From NCBI GenBank assembly GCA_039588295.1, contig JBDHAB010000001.1, forward strand, positions 1 to 64,000: a stretch of 64,000 bases of DNA. Direction: 5' to 3'. The stretch is from Gemmatimonadota bacterium. GTDB lineage: Bacteria > Gemmatimonadota > Gemmatimonadetes > Gemmatimonadales > GWC2-71-9. The notes below the pieces were generated by a model. The model did no database searches, was not told the DNA's origin, and saw nothing but the letters and a program-made list of their open reading frames with translations. The translations under genes were made by a program, and so were the position numbers. Below are positions 39,203-48,926 of this stretch, piece by piece (positions within the stretch are counted from its first letter, which is position 1; the number at the start of each line of letters is the position of its first letter).

Positions 39203-39655
39203 ATGTTCAAGTGGTTCGGCAAGGTCAACTACACGCCGTACACCAAGGTCACCGAGTTCGCGCGGCACCTGCGGAACGGCCATCTCATGGGGTCGCGCTG
39301 CAAGCAGTGCGGCGCGACGTCATTTCCTCCGCGTGCAGACTGCGAAGCCTGCATGAGCGACGACTTCGAGTTCCTCGAAGTGAGTGGAAAGGCAACGCTC
39401 AACACCTTCACCAAGATCGTGGCGGCCCCCACAGGCTTTGAAGATGTCGCGCCATTCACGGTGGGCGTCGTCGATCTCGAGGACGGTGGTCGCGCACTCG
39501 CATGGTTCGGTGAAAGCATCACGGAAGACGAGATCACGATTGGCATGGAGATCCAGGTCGTGCCACGCATCTTCGAGGAGCTCGAGGAGATCAAGGTCTA
39601 CTACAGCCTGGAGCAACCCGGTACGACGTGGTCTAAGGTCGACAGCACCACGTGA
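39203..39655 (+). CDS. DUF35 Zn-ribbon/OB-fold protein (thiolase partner)
   Basis: CKQCG..FPPRADCEAC then OB-fold; directly follows thiolase. Confidence 0.87.
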   Translation: MFKWFGKVNYTPYTKVTEFARHLRNGHLMGSRCKQCGATSFPPRADCEACMSDDFEFLEVSGKATLNTFTKIVAAPTGFEDVAPFTVGVVDLEDGGRALAWFGESITEDEITIGMEIQVVPRIFEELEEIKVYYSLEQPGTTWSKVDSTT

Positions 39656-39702
39656 GTCGCTGATACCTCGGCGGCCCCGGTGGTGACAGGGAGCGACGGC
39701 GT

Positions 39703-40461
39703 ATGACGATAAAGTCGACAGTCACAGACGGGATTGGGACGCTCACGCTGGCGAGTCCACCACTCAACATTCTCACGCGCGGCCTCATGGCATCGCTGCG
39801 TCAAGAGCTGGCCGCTCTCGCTGAGCAGTCCGACCTGCGCGTGCTGCTGCTCTCTGCCGAGGGGAAGCACTTCTCGGCAGGCGCCGATGTCGGAGAACAC
39901 ATGCCGCCGGAATATCGTGAGCTGATCCCTGAGTTCATCGACACCATTCTGGCACTCAGCGACTTCCCGTTGCCGACGATTGCAGCCGTCCGCGGCCGCT
40001 GCCTGGGTGGCGGATTCGAGTTGGCACAGGCGGTCGACATGGTGCTGGCCGGTGAAGGAGCAATGTTCGGCCAGCCGGAGATCATGCTCGGCGTGTCGCC
40101 GCCAGCCGCATGTGCCCTGTTGCCTGAGCTCTGCGCGCCGGGACTGGCCGCGGAGCTCGTGCTGACCGGCGACCCGATCACGGCGCAGCAAGCCTATGGA
40201 GCCGGTCTCGTGCGACAGGTCGTGCCGGACGACCAGGTCGAGGACGCAGCGTCGGCGCTCGCACAGCGCCTGTCACGTCACAGCGCTGCCGCGCTCAGGC
40301 TTACGAAGCGTCAACTCCAAGTGGGGCTCGCGAGTCGGCGCGCTGAGTCGCTCCGCGCTGCGGCACAGATCTACATCGACGAGCTCATGGAGACTGCGGA
40401 CGCGGTGGAGGGACTTCAGGCCTTCCTCGACAAGCGAAAGCCCACGTGGACCCACGCATGA
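39703..40461 (+). CDS. dch: Cyclohexa-1,5-dienecarbonyl-CoA hydratase (crotonase fold)
   Basis: PPLNIL, HFSAGADVGEH, CLGGGFE, FGQPEI; operon context. Confidence 0.8.
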   Translation: MTIKSTVTDGIGTLTLASPPLNILTRGLMASLRQELAALAEQSDLRVLLLSAEGKHFSAGADVGEHMPPEYRELIPEFIDTILALSDFPLPTIAAVRGRCLGGGFELAQAVDMVLAGEGAMFGQPEIMLGVSPPAACALLPELCAPGLAAELVLTGDPITAQQAYGAGLVRQVVPDDQVEDAASALAQRLSRHSAAALRLTKRQLQVGLASRRAESLRAAAQIYIDELMETADAVEGLQAFLDKRKPTWTHA

Positions 40462-41627
40462 CGCACGACCTGTGTTTTCCGGAGTGGCAGGATCGACCGC
40501 TCGACGACGTGATCTACGGGTGTCGCGAGCTCCTGGAGGATGCCGACTTCCCCACCGTACGCCGGTGGCGCGAGCGAGGGGGCAAAGTCATTGGACACTT
40601 TCAGGTCTACTTTCCCGAAGAGATCGCCCATGCGGCCGGCATGCTGCCGTTCAAAGTGCGGGGTGCTCCCGTCGAGCCGACACAGGCCGATTCACGCTTC
40701 GGGTCCTACTTGTGCTCGATCGTCAAGACGTCGCTCGAGCTGGCACTGAGCGGTCGCGTGGAGCTGGATCTGTTCGTGACGCACCCGATCTGCGACGCGG
40801 CCCGGAACCTGGCCGGCGTCTGGGGACGGAACTTCCCATATCTGTGTCAGATTCTCTACCTGCCACAGAATGCGAACTCCCGACACGCGGCCACGTATCT
40901 GCGGGGCGAATACGATCGCCTCAGGCGCACCCTCGAGGAGGTCACGGGTCGCACCGTCGCAGATGACGCCATTCAGCGGTCGCTGATCGTGTTCAACCAC
41001 AACCGCGCCTTGCTGCGAGAGCTCTACGCGATCAAGCGTGACACGCCGTGGCTCGTCGCAGCCGACGAGGCCTATGCGCTCATGGCCGTGGGAGGCATGA
41101 TCCCCCGAGAGGAGCACAATGCGTTGCTCACCACGGTCCTGCCGCTCATCAGGAGTCGAGACGCGAAGCAACAGGACCGGATCCGGGTCGTCTTCGAGGG
41201 AGGGTTCTGCGAGCAACCACCACTCGATCTCATCCGCGCCATCAGCCGCTCCTGCTACGTCGTAGACGACGATTTGATGATCGGGCTCCGCTGGATCTTG
41301 GACGACATTCCTCTGGACGGAGATCCGCTGCAGCATCTGGCCCGCGCGTACTTGGAGCACTCCTCCTACAGCCCAGTACAGCACGATCTTCAGAAGCCCA
41401 AGGAGAAGATGCTACTGCAGCGGATCGAGTCGTCGCGTGCGCGCGCCGCCATCGTCACGGCAGCCAAGATGTGCGAGCCCGGTCTCGAGGAACAGGTCAC
41501 CTACACGCATGCGCTCGATCAAGCCAACATCCCGTATTTCGTGAGCGAGTTCGAAGAGAACATGACGAGCTTCGAGCATTTGGAGATTCAGCTGGAAACC
41601 TTCGTCGAGAACCTCCTGTTCGACTGA
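40458..41627 (+). CDS. bcrC: Class I benzoyl-CoA reductase subunit C/N
   Basis: PEEIAHAAG, SYLC, PICDAARNL, FCEQPPL, CYVVDDD, MCEP; ATGA-coupled to dch. Confidence 0.8.
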   Translation: MTHDLCFPEWQDRPLDDVIYGCRELLEDADFPTVRRWRERGGKVIGHFQVYFPEEIAHAAGMLPFKVRGAPVEPTQADSRFGSYLCSIVKTSLELALSGRVELDLFVTHPICDAARNLAGVWGRNFPYLCQILYLPQNANSRHAATYLRGEYDRLRRTLEEVTGRTVADDAIQRSLIVFNHNRALLRELYAIKRDTPWLVAADEAYALMAVGGMIPREEHNALLTTVLPLIRSRDAKQQDRIRVVFEGGFCEQPPLDLIRAISRSCYVVDDDLMIGLRWILDDIPLDGDPLQHLARAYLEHSSYSPVQHDLQKPKEKMLLQRIESSRARAAIVTAAKMCEPGLEEQVTYTHALDQANIPYFVSEFEENMTSFEHLEIQLETFVENLLFD

Positions 41628-41643
41628 TGAAGAAAGGCACGCG

Positions 41644-42939
41644 ATGACGGGTTCCACCGCAGAAATCGTCGGACGCGGCAACAAGGAGGGCGCCCGCCTC
41701 TTCCGGGTCTGGTTCGAGGAGTTGACGCAGGCAGCAGAAGAGGGTCGAGGCGGCGCGTACGTGTTCGTGATGGGCAGCCTGGTCGAGCTGCTGCGGGCGT
41801 TCGATTTGCCCGTGGTGTTTCCGGAGATCAACTCCCTGCAGACTGCCGTGCGCCACGTCGCGCATGAATACCTCGACGAGGCCGAGGACCACGGCTACTC
41901 ACCGGACATCTGTGGATACGTGAAGGCAGATGTGGCCACGCAGCTTCGCAGGGGATCGCTGCCGATGGGCCGCATTCCCAAACCCGCGATCGCAGTCTAC
42001 ACCAACGCGTGCAACACCTACATCAAGTGGGCGGAGATCTGGGAGCGCATGCACGACTGCCCCACCTTCACCCTGGATGTGCCTGGGACCCGGGCGGCCG
42101 GCATGCAGACGTGGCAGGGGGACGTCGACTTCGAGAACGACCTGAACTACGTGGCGGCTCAGCTCAAGGAACTCATTCCGCTTTTGGAGAAAGTGTCCGG
42201 CGTCCGATTCGACATCGACCGATTGCGTGAGCACATGGGCCACGCCAACGCGATGAATCGCGGGTGGAAGCGCGTCCTCGAGCTCAATCGCAGCCGGCCG
42301 GCATTGTTCAACGCGCTGTCGGATGGAACGATTTACCTCGGTGTCGCCAACGGCCTCCGTGGCGCCGAAGCAGGAGCCACGTACTTCACCGACCTCGTCG
42401 AGGAAATGGAATACAAAAGCAGCCACCACATCGGCACGCTGACGGAGGAACTCTACCGGCTCATCTTCGTCGGCGTTCCGTGCTATCCGATTTTCCGGCG
42501 ATTTACGGAGTTCTTCACCGAGCTGGGCGGAACGTTCGTCAACTCGACCTATCTCTGGTTCGCGTCCGGCGGGTCCAACCTCGGGTTCCAGTACGACCTC
42601 ACCCATCCGCTCGAGAGCCTGGCTGAAGGCGTGCTGATCGGGGTACGTGACGCGATGGACAGCATGTTCTTCCAGACGAACGCGCTGGTGAGCATGATCG
42701 ACACGTACGAAGCGGACGGCGTGGTCTGGCACCCCATCAAGAGCTGCCGAACGGTTTCGACCGGTCTCGCCGACAACCGACGGGCGTTGATGGCGGAACG
42801 AGACATCCCGAGCCTGTTCATCGAGTCGGACATGATGGACCGTCGTGTCGTGTCGGAAGCACAGCTCAAGAACCGGATCGACGCGTTCTTCGAAGGCTTG
42901 GCCGCGCGGCGGCGCCGGGTGGCCATCGGAAACTCGTAG
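41644..42939 (+). CDS. bcrB: Class I benzoyl-CoA reductase subunit B/O
   Basis: [44 protein letters not shown]. Confidence 0.8.
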   Translation: MTGSTAEIVGRGNKEGARLFRVWFEELTQAAEEGRGGAYVFVMGSLVELLRAFDLPVVFPEINSLQTAVRHVAHEYLDEAEDHGYSPDICGYVKADVATQLRRGSLPMGRIPKPAIAVYTNACNTYIKWAEIWERMHDCPTFTLDVPGTRAAGMQTWQGDVDFENDLNYVAAQLKELIPLLEKVSGVRFDIDRLREHMGHANAMNRGWKRVLELNRSRPALFNALSDGTIYLGVANGLRGAEAGATYFTDLVEEMEYKSSHHIGTLTEELYRLIFVGVPCYPIFRRFTEFFTELGGTFVNSTYLWFASGGSNLGFQYDLTHPLESLAEGVLIGVRDAMDSMFFQTNALVSMIDTYEADGVVWHPIKSCRTVSTGLADNRRALMAERDIPSLFIESDMMDRRVVSEAQLKNRIDAFFEGLAARRRRVAIGNS

Positions 42940-42962
42940 CACCACGAGCTGGAAGGAGCCTC

Positions 42963-43778
42963 ATGGCCTACGCAGCCGGCGTGGATGTGGGATCCACGCA
43001 GACCAAAGCGGTGCTCGTCGACGAGGAGAAATCCATCGTCGCTCGTGCGCTGACGGAGACGGGGGCAAACGTTATCCGGGCCGCCGAGAACGCGTTTCAG
43101 GAAGCGCTGTCCGCGGGGGATTTCCGTGAAGAGGAAGTCGAATACGTCGTCGGTACGGGGTACGGGCGCTACAAGGTCACGTTCGGCAATACGCAGGTGA
43201 CCGAGATCAGCTGCCACGGACGAGGCGCCGTCCACATGTTCCCGAACACCCGCACCGTGGTAGACATGGGTGGCCAGGACACCAAGGCGATTCGCGTTTC
43301 TGAGACCGGAGAGGTCCTGGACTTCTGCATGAACGACAAGTGCGCGGCGGGAACCGGGAGGTTCTTGGGCGCGGCGAGTAACGCGCTGGACATTCCGCTC
43401 GACGAGTTGGGGCCCACCGCACTCCGCGGTGAGCGCGCAGTCAAGATCAGCACCACGTGCACGGTGTTCGCGGAGTCCGAGGTGCTCTCCTGGCTGGGGA
43501 AGGGCAAGAAGATCGAGGACATTCTCCTGGGCGTACATCAGTCCATCGCGTCGAGGTCGGCTGGGCTCCTTCGCAGAGTGGGAATCGAGGAAGCCGTCAC
43601 CTTTACGGGAGGCGTCGCCAAGAACGTGGCGATGATCGACACGCTCAACCGGAGCCTCGGACTGGGTGTCAACGTGAGTGACGAGTCGCACTACATGGGA
43701 GCCCTGGGTGCCGCGCTCTTCGCGTTGGATCACATTCTGGCGAGCCGGGCCCCGACGGCCGGGCACGGAGCGTCATGA
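42963..43778 (+). CDS. bcrA: Benzoyl-CoA reductase ATPase subunit (BcrA/BzdQ-like, short form)
   Basis: [47 protein letters not shown]. Confidence 0.75.
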   Translation: MAYAAGVDVGSTQTKAVLVDEEKSIVARALTETGANVIRAAENAFQEALSAGDFREEEVEYVVGTGYGRYKVTFGNTQVTEISCHGRGAVHMFPNTRTVVDMGGQDTKAIRVSETGEVLDFCMNDKCAAGTGRFLGAASNALDIPLDELGPTALRGERAVKISTTCTVFAESEVLSWLGKGKKIEDILLGVHQSIASRSAGLLRRVGIEEAVTFTGGVAKNVAMIDTLNRSLGLGVNVSDESHYMGALGAALFALDHILASRAPTAGHGAS

Positions 43779-44581
43779 CCTACACGTCCGGCATCGACAT
43801 TGGCTCGACCTACACCAAGGCCGTGATCCTAAACGGCGATGATCAAATCGTCGGCCGCGCGATGGAGCCCACCGGGTTCAAACTCACTGAGATCGCCGAG
43901 GAGGTACACCGGCAAGCCGTCGAACGCGCCGAGCTCTCGAGCGAGGATGTCGGCTACACAGTTGCCACCGGCTTCGGCCGCCATCAGGTGCTTTCCAGCA
44001 ACGTCAAGGTGACGGATTTGACCGCCGCCGCGCGCGGCGCCGCCCATCTCTTTCCGGGCACGCGCACCATCCTGGATGTCGGCGGGCAGACGATGAAGGC
44101 GAGCCGGCTGAGCGACGGCGCGAAGGTCAAGTCGTTCCGGTTGAACGACAAGTGCGCCGCCGGAACAGGCGCCTTCCTCGAGAAGACCGCCCGCTACATG
44201 GGGTACAGCACCGCGGAGATCGGACCGCTTGTCGCCACCTCCAAGGAGCCGATATCGATCTCCGGCGTCTGCGCCGTATTTGCGGAATCCGAAGTCATCA
44301 ACCATCTCTCGCAGGGCGTGGCGCCTGCCGACATCATGCACGGCGCCGTTGTCTCGCTAGTTGGACGTTCAGTGCAGCTCATGAAGCGCGTCAAGATGGA
44401 ACCCGAATTCACGCTCATCGGCGGGATTCTCCGCTTCGAGACGATGGCGCACGTCGTCCGATCCGAACTCGACGCCGCGGTGAACGTCCCCGAGGGAGAC
44501 CTCGTCCAGTTCGTGCCGGCACTCGGCGCGGCAATCCTGGGCCAGCGCCGCCTTGCGAAGCTCGGCACACTGACCACCTGA
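43775..44581 (+). CDS. bcrD: Benzoyl-CoA reductase ATPase subunit (BcrD/BzdP-like)
   Basis: [37 protein letters not shown]. Confidence 0.75.
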   Translation: MTYTSGIDIGSTYTKAVILNGDDQIVGRAMEPTGFKLTEIAEEVHRQAVERAELSSEDVGYTVATGFGRHQVLSSNVKVTDLTAAARGAAHLFPGTRTILDVGGQTMKASRLSDGAKVKSFRLNDKCAAGTGAFLEKTARYMGYSTAEIGPLVATSKEPISISGVCAVFAESEVINHLSQGVAPADIMHGAVVSLVGRSVQLMKRVKMEPEFTLIGGILRFETMAHVVRSELDAAVNVPEGDLVQFVPALGAAILGQRRLAKLGTLTT

Positions 44582-44582
44582 T

Positions 44583-44915
44583 ATGCCGCTGCGCGATCCC
44601 AACGACACGCCGACTAGGGACGACGAACACGCCGCCAAGCCATTGAGCTTCCTCGTGCAGGCCGAGGCGCGACGGGTGCTTTCCGAGGCGCAGCTCGAGG
44701 GAGATCCCCAGCGTCTTGCCGATGGCTGGGAGCGACGCTTCATCGCCGACCGGCAGCGGGCGGAGGAAATGACTGCCCTCTATGAGGAACTGGGCTTCGA
44801 GGTAGCTGCCGATCCCATTCGTCCTGAGGACATGGATGACGATTGCGAGGACTGCCAGCTGCTCGCCAAGCTCCAGTTCCAGATGATCTACACGCGGAGG
44901 AAGCCGCCGACCTAG
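44583..44915 (+). CDS. Small acidic hypothetical protein with CxxC, last gene of BCR operon
   Basis: Starts 1 nt after upstream stop; GWERRF, LYEELGFEV, CEDC, IYTR. Confidence 0.7.
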   Translation: MPLRDPNDTPTRDDEHAAKPLSFLVQAEARRVLSEAQLEGDPQRLADGWERRFIADRQRAEEMTALYEELGFEVAADPIRPEDMDDDCEDCQLLAKLQFQMIYTRRKPPT

Positions 44916-44925
44916 ATTCCCTGGG

Positions 44926-46005
44926 TCATTCCCCCCGGATTCGGCGTACCACCATCTCGCCCATCTCCGACGTGGAGATCCCGCTTCGTGCATCGGCGGA
45001 TGGCACCGCACCACTGCTCAGGAGGCCTGCAACGGCGTCCTCCGTGCGTTTTGCAGCCGCCGTCTCGCCCAGGAAGTCGAACATCATCGCCACCGCGCTG
45101 ATCGCACCGAGCGGACAGGCGACGTTCTTGCCAGCGTGTTTCGGCGCGGAGCCGTGAATCGGCTCGAACATCGATGTCTTGCCTGGATGAATGTTGCCCG
45201 ACGCGGCAATTCCCATTCCACCTTGCAACATGGCGCCCAGATCCGTGATGATGTCGCCGAACATGTTGGTTGTCACGATGACGTCGAACCATTCCGGGTT
45301 CTTGATCATCCACATGCAACAGGCGTCAACGTAGGCGTGATCCCGTTCGACTGCGGGATACTCTTCCGCAACTGCGGCGAACGCCCGAGTCCACACGTCG
45401 TGCGGGCGAACGGCGTTCGCCTTGTCGACGAGCGTGACCCGTGAGGCTCGTCCTGCACCGCCCTCACCCGCCCGCTTGCGAGCGAGCTCAAACGCATACC
45501 GCGAGGCTCGCTCGCACCCCTTCCAGGTGTAGATGCCGTTCACGATGGCCACTTCATCGGGCGTTCCCTTCCTGAGGTGACCCCCGACCTGCGAGTAGAG
45601 CCCCTCGGTATTCTCCCGCACGACCACGAAGTCGATGTGCTCGGGTCCCTTGTCCTTGAGAGGGCAGAGGTGAGCGGCGTACAGTTTGATCGGTCGGAGG
45701 TTGATATACAGATCCAGCCCGAATCGGAGACCCAAGATGACGGACCGCTCGACCAGTCCCGGCTCGACATCAGGGTGGCCAATCGCGCCGAGCAGCACCG
45801 CATCGAGCGTTCGCCACTCGTCGATCACCGCATTCGGCACCAGCTCCTTGGTCTCGAGATAGTACTCGCCGCTGTAGGGGTAGTCCGCCAGCCGGTACTG
45901 GAATCCCTCGATATCCGCGACAGCCTCCAGCACCTTCAGCGCTTCCTGCGTGACCTCCTGGCCGATGCCGTCGCCAGCAATGACGCCAATGTTGTAGGAC
46001 CGCAT
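44926..46005 (-). CDS. leuB: Isopropylmalate/homoisocitrate-type beta-decarboxylating dehydrogenase (LeuB family)
   Basis: [36 protein letters not shown]; exact substrate uncertain. Confidence 0.72.
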   Translation of the reverse strand: MRSYNIGVIAGDGIGQEVTQEALKVLEAVADIEGFQYRLADYPYSGEYYLETKELVPNAVIDEWRTLDAVLLGAIGHPDVEPGLVERSVILGLRFGLDLYINLRPIKLYAAHLCPLKDKGPEHIDFVVVRENTEGLYSQVGGHLRKGTPDEVAIVNGIYTWKGCERASRYAFELARKRAGEGGAGRASRVTLVDKANAVRPHDVWTRAFAAVAEEYPAVERDHAYVDACCMWMIKNPEWFDVIVTTNMFGDIITDLGAMLQGGMGIAASGNIHPGKTSMFEPIHGSAPKHAGKNVACPLGAISAVAMMFDFLGETAAAKRTEDAVAGLLSSGAVPSADARSGISTSEMGEMVVRRIRGE

Positions 46006-46231
46006 CCCGTCTCCCCGTGGTATGATCGTTCAACTGATGGATCTGTGCTGCCCACTGGCAAAGCGGGCAACGGGATCAAAGATGGTGGACAGACCGAGTC
46101 ACCTCAACGGCCAACGGCGCCCGGCCGGGGACCGAGAGCTGATTCTGGTGCCGACGCCCATCCGAGGACATCTTTGTGATGATACCACGCGGGAGCAGGT
46201 AGCCCGCGGCAATCTGGAGGGGAGCACGATC

Positions 46232-46936
46232 ATGCGATGTTCGCGATGCGGCCATCTGGCGACCGAGAACGATAAGTTCTGCGCTGAGTGCGGCATGTTC
46301 CTTCGGGATGCCTACGTCGACCACCGGCTCCTGCACGCGCTCGTTTCCGAGAGCGAGGGCAGGCACCGCGAGACACGCCGAGAACTCGAGCGCTTGGTGG
46401 AGGCCGAACCCAATCACGTGATGGCGAACCACCTATTGGGCACCGTCTATTTCCATCAGGGAACGCTTGATCATGCCATCGAGCAGTATCAGAAGGCCCT
46501 CGAGCTGGCACCCAATTTCGTGGAGTGCTCGTACGATCTGGGTGTGGCGTTCTACCACCGTGGCAATATGCCGGGTGCCATCCGTGCCTTCCGCCGCTGC
46601 CTGCAAATCGATCCGAATTACAACGCAGCACATTACCGGCTGGCAATCTCGTTGTTTCACGCCGGCGAGCTCGATCAAGCACTCGAGCATTTCGAGAAGT
46701 GCACGGCGCTCACCCCGGAATACCTGATGGCGCGATATCACATGGGCGTGATTTACGAACGTATGGAGAACTTCGAGTCAGCGGCCCGCGAATTCCAGCG
46801 GAGCCTCGACGAAGGCGTCGAGGAGGCGAGCAGTCTCTACCACCTCGCACATATTCACAAATCACGGGGCGATACTGCGACGGCTTCCGGACTGCTCGAG
46901 CGCGCTCGGCAGTTTGGCCGAACCACCGTTTCGTAG
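46232..46936 (+). CDS. Zinc-ribbon + TPR protein
   Basis: CSRCG...FCAECG then several TPR repeats; GGAGG RBS. Confidence 0.8.
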   Translation: MRCSRCGHLATENDKFCAECGMFLRDAYVDHRLLHALVSESEGRHRETRRELERLVEAEPNHVMANHLLGTVYFHQGTLDHAIEQYQKALELAPNFVECSYDLGVAFYHRGNMPGAIRAFRRCLQIDPNYNAAHYRLAISLFHAGELDQALEHFEKCTALTPEYLMARYHMGVIYERMENFESAAREFQRSLDEGVEEASSLYHLAHIHKSRGDTATASGLLERARQFGRTTVS

Positions 46937-46970
46937 GACCTCGCTCCGACGCTCAGCTTCTGGGGTAGCT

Positions 46971-48218
46971 ATGGCGACTGTTCCTCCCGAAGGCAAATTG
47001 ATGTTCGACTGGTCCGACCCAAACGGACAGTCGCAGCCGCGCATGGCAATGCTCGACGACGAAACGCTGCGGGACGGACTGCAGAGCCCTTCCGTCATCG
47101 ATCCGCCGACTGACGTCAAGATCCAGATCCTGCACCTCATGAACAGTCTCGGCATCGAAACCGCCGACGTTGGCCTTCCCGGATCCGGCCCTCGGCAGCG
47201 GGACGCCGTGGAGCGGCTGTGTCGGGAAATCGCGGACGAGCGATTGCAGATCGGAGCGAACTGCGCGGCCCGTACGATGGTGGCAGACATCCAACCGATT
47301 GCCGACGTCGTGCAGAAGACCGGCGTCCCCATCGAGGCCTGCGTATTCATCGGCAGTAGTCCGATTCGTCAGTACGCGGAGGAGTGGGACCTGGAGCACG
47401 TACTACGTCTCACCAAGGAGGCGGTAGAGTTCGCGGTGCGCGAAGGGCTCGAGGTCATGTACGTCACGGAGGACACCATCCGTGCGTCACCCGACCATCT
47501 GCGCGTGCTGTTCGAGGCGGCACTCGCGGCGGGAGCCAAGCGCCTCTGTCTTTGCGACACCGTAGGCGCGGCCGTGCCGCACGGCGTCAAGAACCTCGTC
47601 ACGTGGGTGAAAAGCCTGCTGGACGAATTGGATATGGCCGAAGAGATCGGGATCGATTGGCACGGGCATCGTGATCGCGGACTGGATGTGGCCAACACGT
47701 TGGCCGCGCTCGAAGCCGGCGCCACCCGCGTACACGGCACAGCGCTGGGGGTGGGCGAGCGGGTGGGCAACACACCGATGGAGCAGCTACTCGTCAACCT
47801 CAAGCTCCTCGGATGGCGGAACGACGACCTCACGGTACTACCGGACTATGTCGAGACCGTCTCGAAGGCTGTGGGTGTGCCGATTCCCGTCAACACGCCC
47901 ATCATTGGCCGCGATGCGTTTCGGACGGCAACCGGTGTGCACGCGGCAGCCGTCATCAAGGCGCAGCGTAAGGGGCAATCGTGGCTCGCGGACCGGGTGT
48001 ATTCGGGCGTCCCCGCGAGCTGGGTCGGTCGGGGACAAGAGATCGAGATCGGACACATGTCGGGTGCGTCGAACGTGGTCTTCTACCTGAGCCAACGCGG
48101 CCTGCCAGCATCTCAAGAGGTCGTGCAGGCGGTGCTGGCGGAAGCCAAGAAGGCCGAGCAGTTGCTGACGGAAGAGGAGATTCTCGAAATAGTCAACTCA
48201 GTCACTGCGCAACACTGA
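46971..48218 (+). CDS. LeuA/homocitrate synthase-family Claisen condensing enzyme, no C-terminal regulatory domain
   Basis: DETLRDGLQ, LCDTVG, HGHRDRG, GVGERVGN, GVHAAA. Confidence 0.82.
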   Translation: MATVPPEGKLMFDWSDPNGQSQPRMAMLDDETLRDGLQSPSVIDPPTDVKIQILHLMNSLGIETADVGLPGSGPRQRDAVERLCREIADERLQIGANCAARTMVADIQPIADVVQKTGVPIEACVFIGSSPIRQYAEEWDLEHVLRLTKEAVEFAVREGLEVMYVTEDTIRASPDHLRVLFEAALAAGAKRLCLCDTVGAAVPHGVKNLVTWVKSLLDELDMAEEIGIDWHGHRDRGLDVANTLAALEAGATRVHGTALGVGERVGNTPMEQLLVNLKLLGWRNDDLTVLPDYVETVSKAVGVPIPVNTPIIGRDAFRTATGVHAAAVIKAQRKGQSWLADRVYSGVPASWVGRGQEIEIGHMSGASNVVFYLSQRGLPASQEVVQAVLAEAKKAEQLLTEEEILEIVNSVTAQH

Positions 48219-48221
48219 TCC

Positions 48222-48926
48222 GTGGGCGACCCGACTCGCGCCGGCCTCGCTGACTACCTGCAACCCTCGCGGTTCGTCGATAGCGACCACCCCCGCATCA
48301 TCGCATTTGCACGAGAACTCGCCGCGCCACACAATACCGATCGGCAACGGGCTGTCGCGCTCTACTACGCCGTCCGCGACCGCATCCGGTACGATCCGTT
48401 CCGACTCGATCTCACCCCTGAGGCCATGCGTGCCAGCACGGTGCTCGAGCGTGAATACGGCTTTTGCGTCGCGAAGGCCGTCCTCCTTGCCGCTGCTGCG
48501 CGCGTGCTGGGTATCCCAAGCCGGCTGGGTTTCGCCGACGTCCGGAACCATCTCACCACACCCCGGCTGCGTCGCTTGATGAGTACGGATCTCTTCGCGT
48601 TCCACGGCTACGCGGAACTCTACATCAACGACTGTTGGGTCAAGGCGACCCCGGCGTTCAACCGGTCGCTGTGCGAGCGGTTCGACGTCGAACCACTCGC
48701 GTTTGACGGCGAGCATGACGCGCTGTTGCAGCAGGCCGACCGCAAAGGCAACAGGTACATGGAGTACGTGCGCGACCGCGGCAACTTTGTTGATCTCCCG
48801 CTCGACGAGCTACGGGGGGTATTCGAGGAGCACTATCCGACGCTGTTGGCTCACGGTGCCGTCGAGCACGCCGCGAACTTCGAGCATGATGCAGCTCGGG
48901 AAGGAGACACCTCGTGCGAGAGTTGA
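48222..48926 (+). CDS. Transglutaminase-like superfamily protein
   Basis: VRDRIRYDP, GFCVAKA, GFADVRNH, FHGY, WVKATP. Confidence 0.8.
   Translation: MGDPTRAGLADYLQPSRFVDSDHPRIIAFARELAAPHNTDRQRAVALYYAVRDRIRYDPFRLDLTPEAMRASTVLEREYGFCVAKAVLLAAAARVLGIPSRLGFADVRNHLTTPRLRRLMSTDLFAFHGYAELYINDCWVKATPAFNRSLCERFDVEPLAFDGEHDALLQQADRKGNRYMEYVRDRGNFVDLPLDELRGVFEEHYPTLLAHGAVEHAANFEHDAAREGDTSCES

Noticed and set aside
41899..43766. Minus-strand ORFs of 348 and 405 aa
   Set aside because: Antisense shadows of reductase subunits
40458..44581. 2-hydroxyacyl-CoA dehydratase plus activator interpretation
   Set aside because: Two different ATPase subunits and adjacent dch/had/oah indicate benzoyl-CoA reductase
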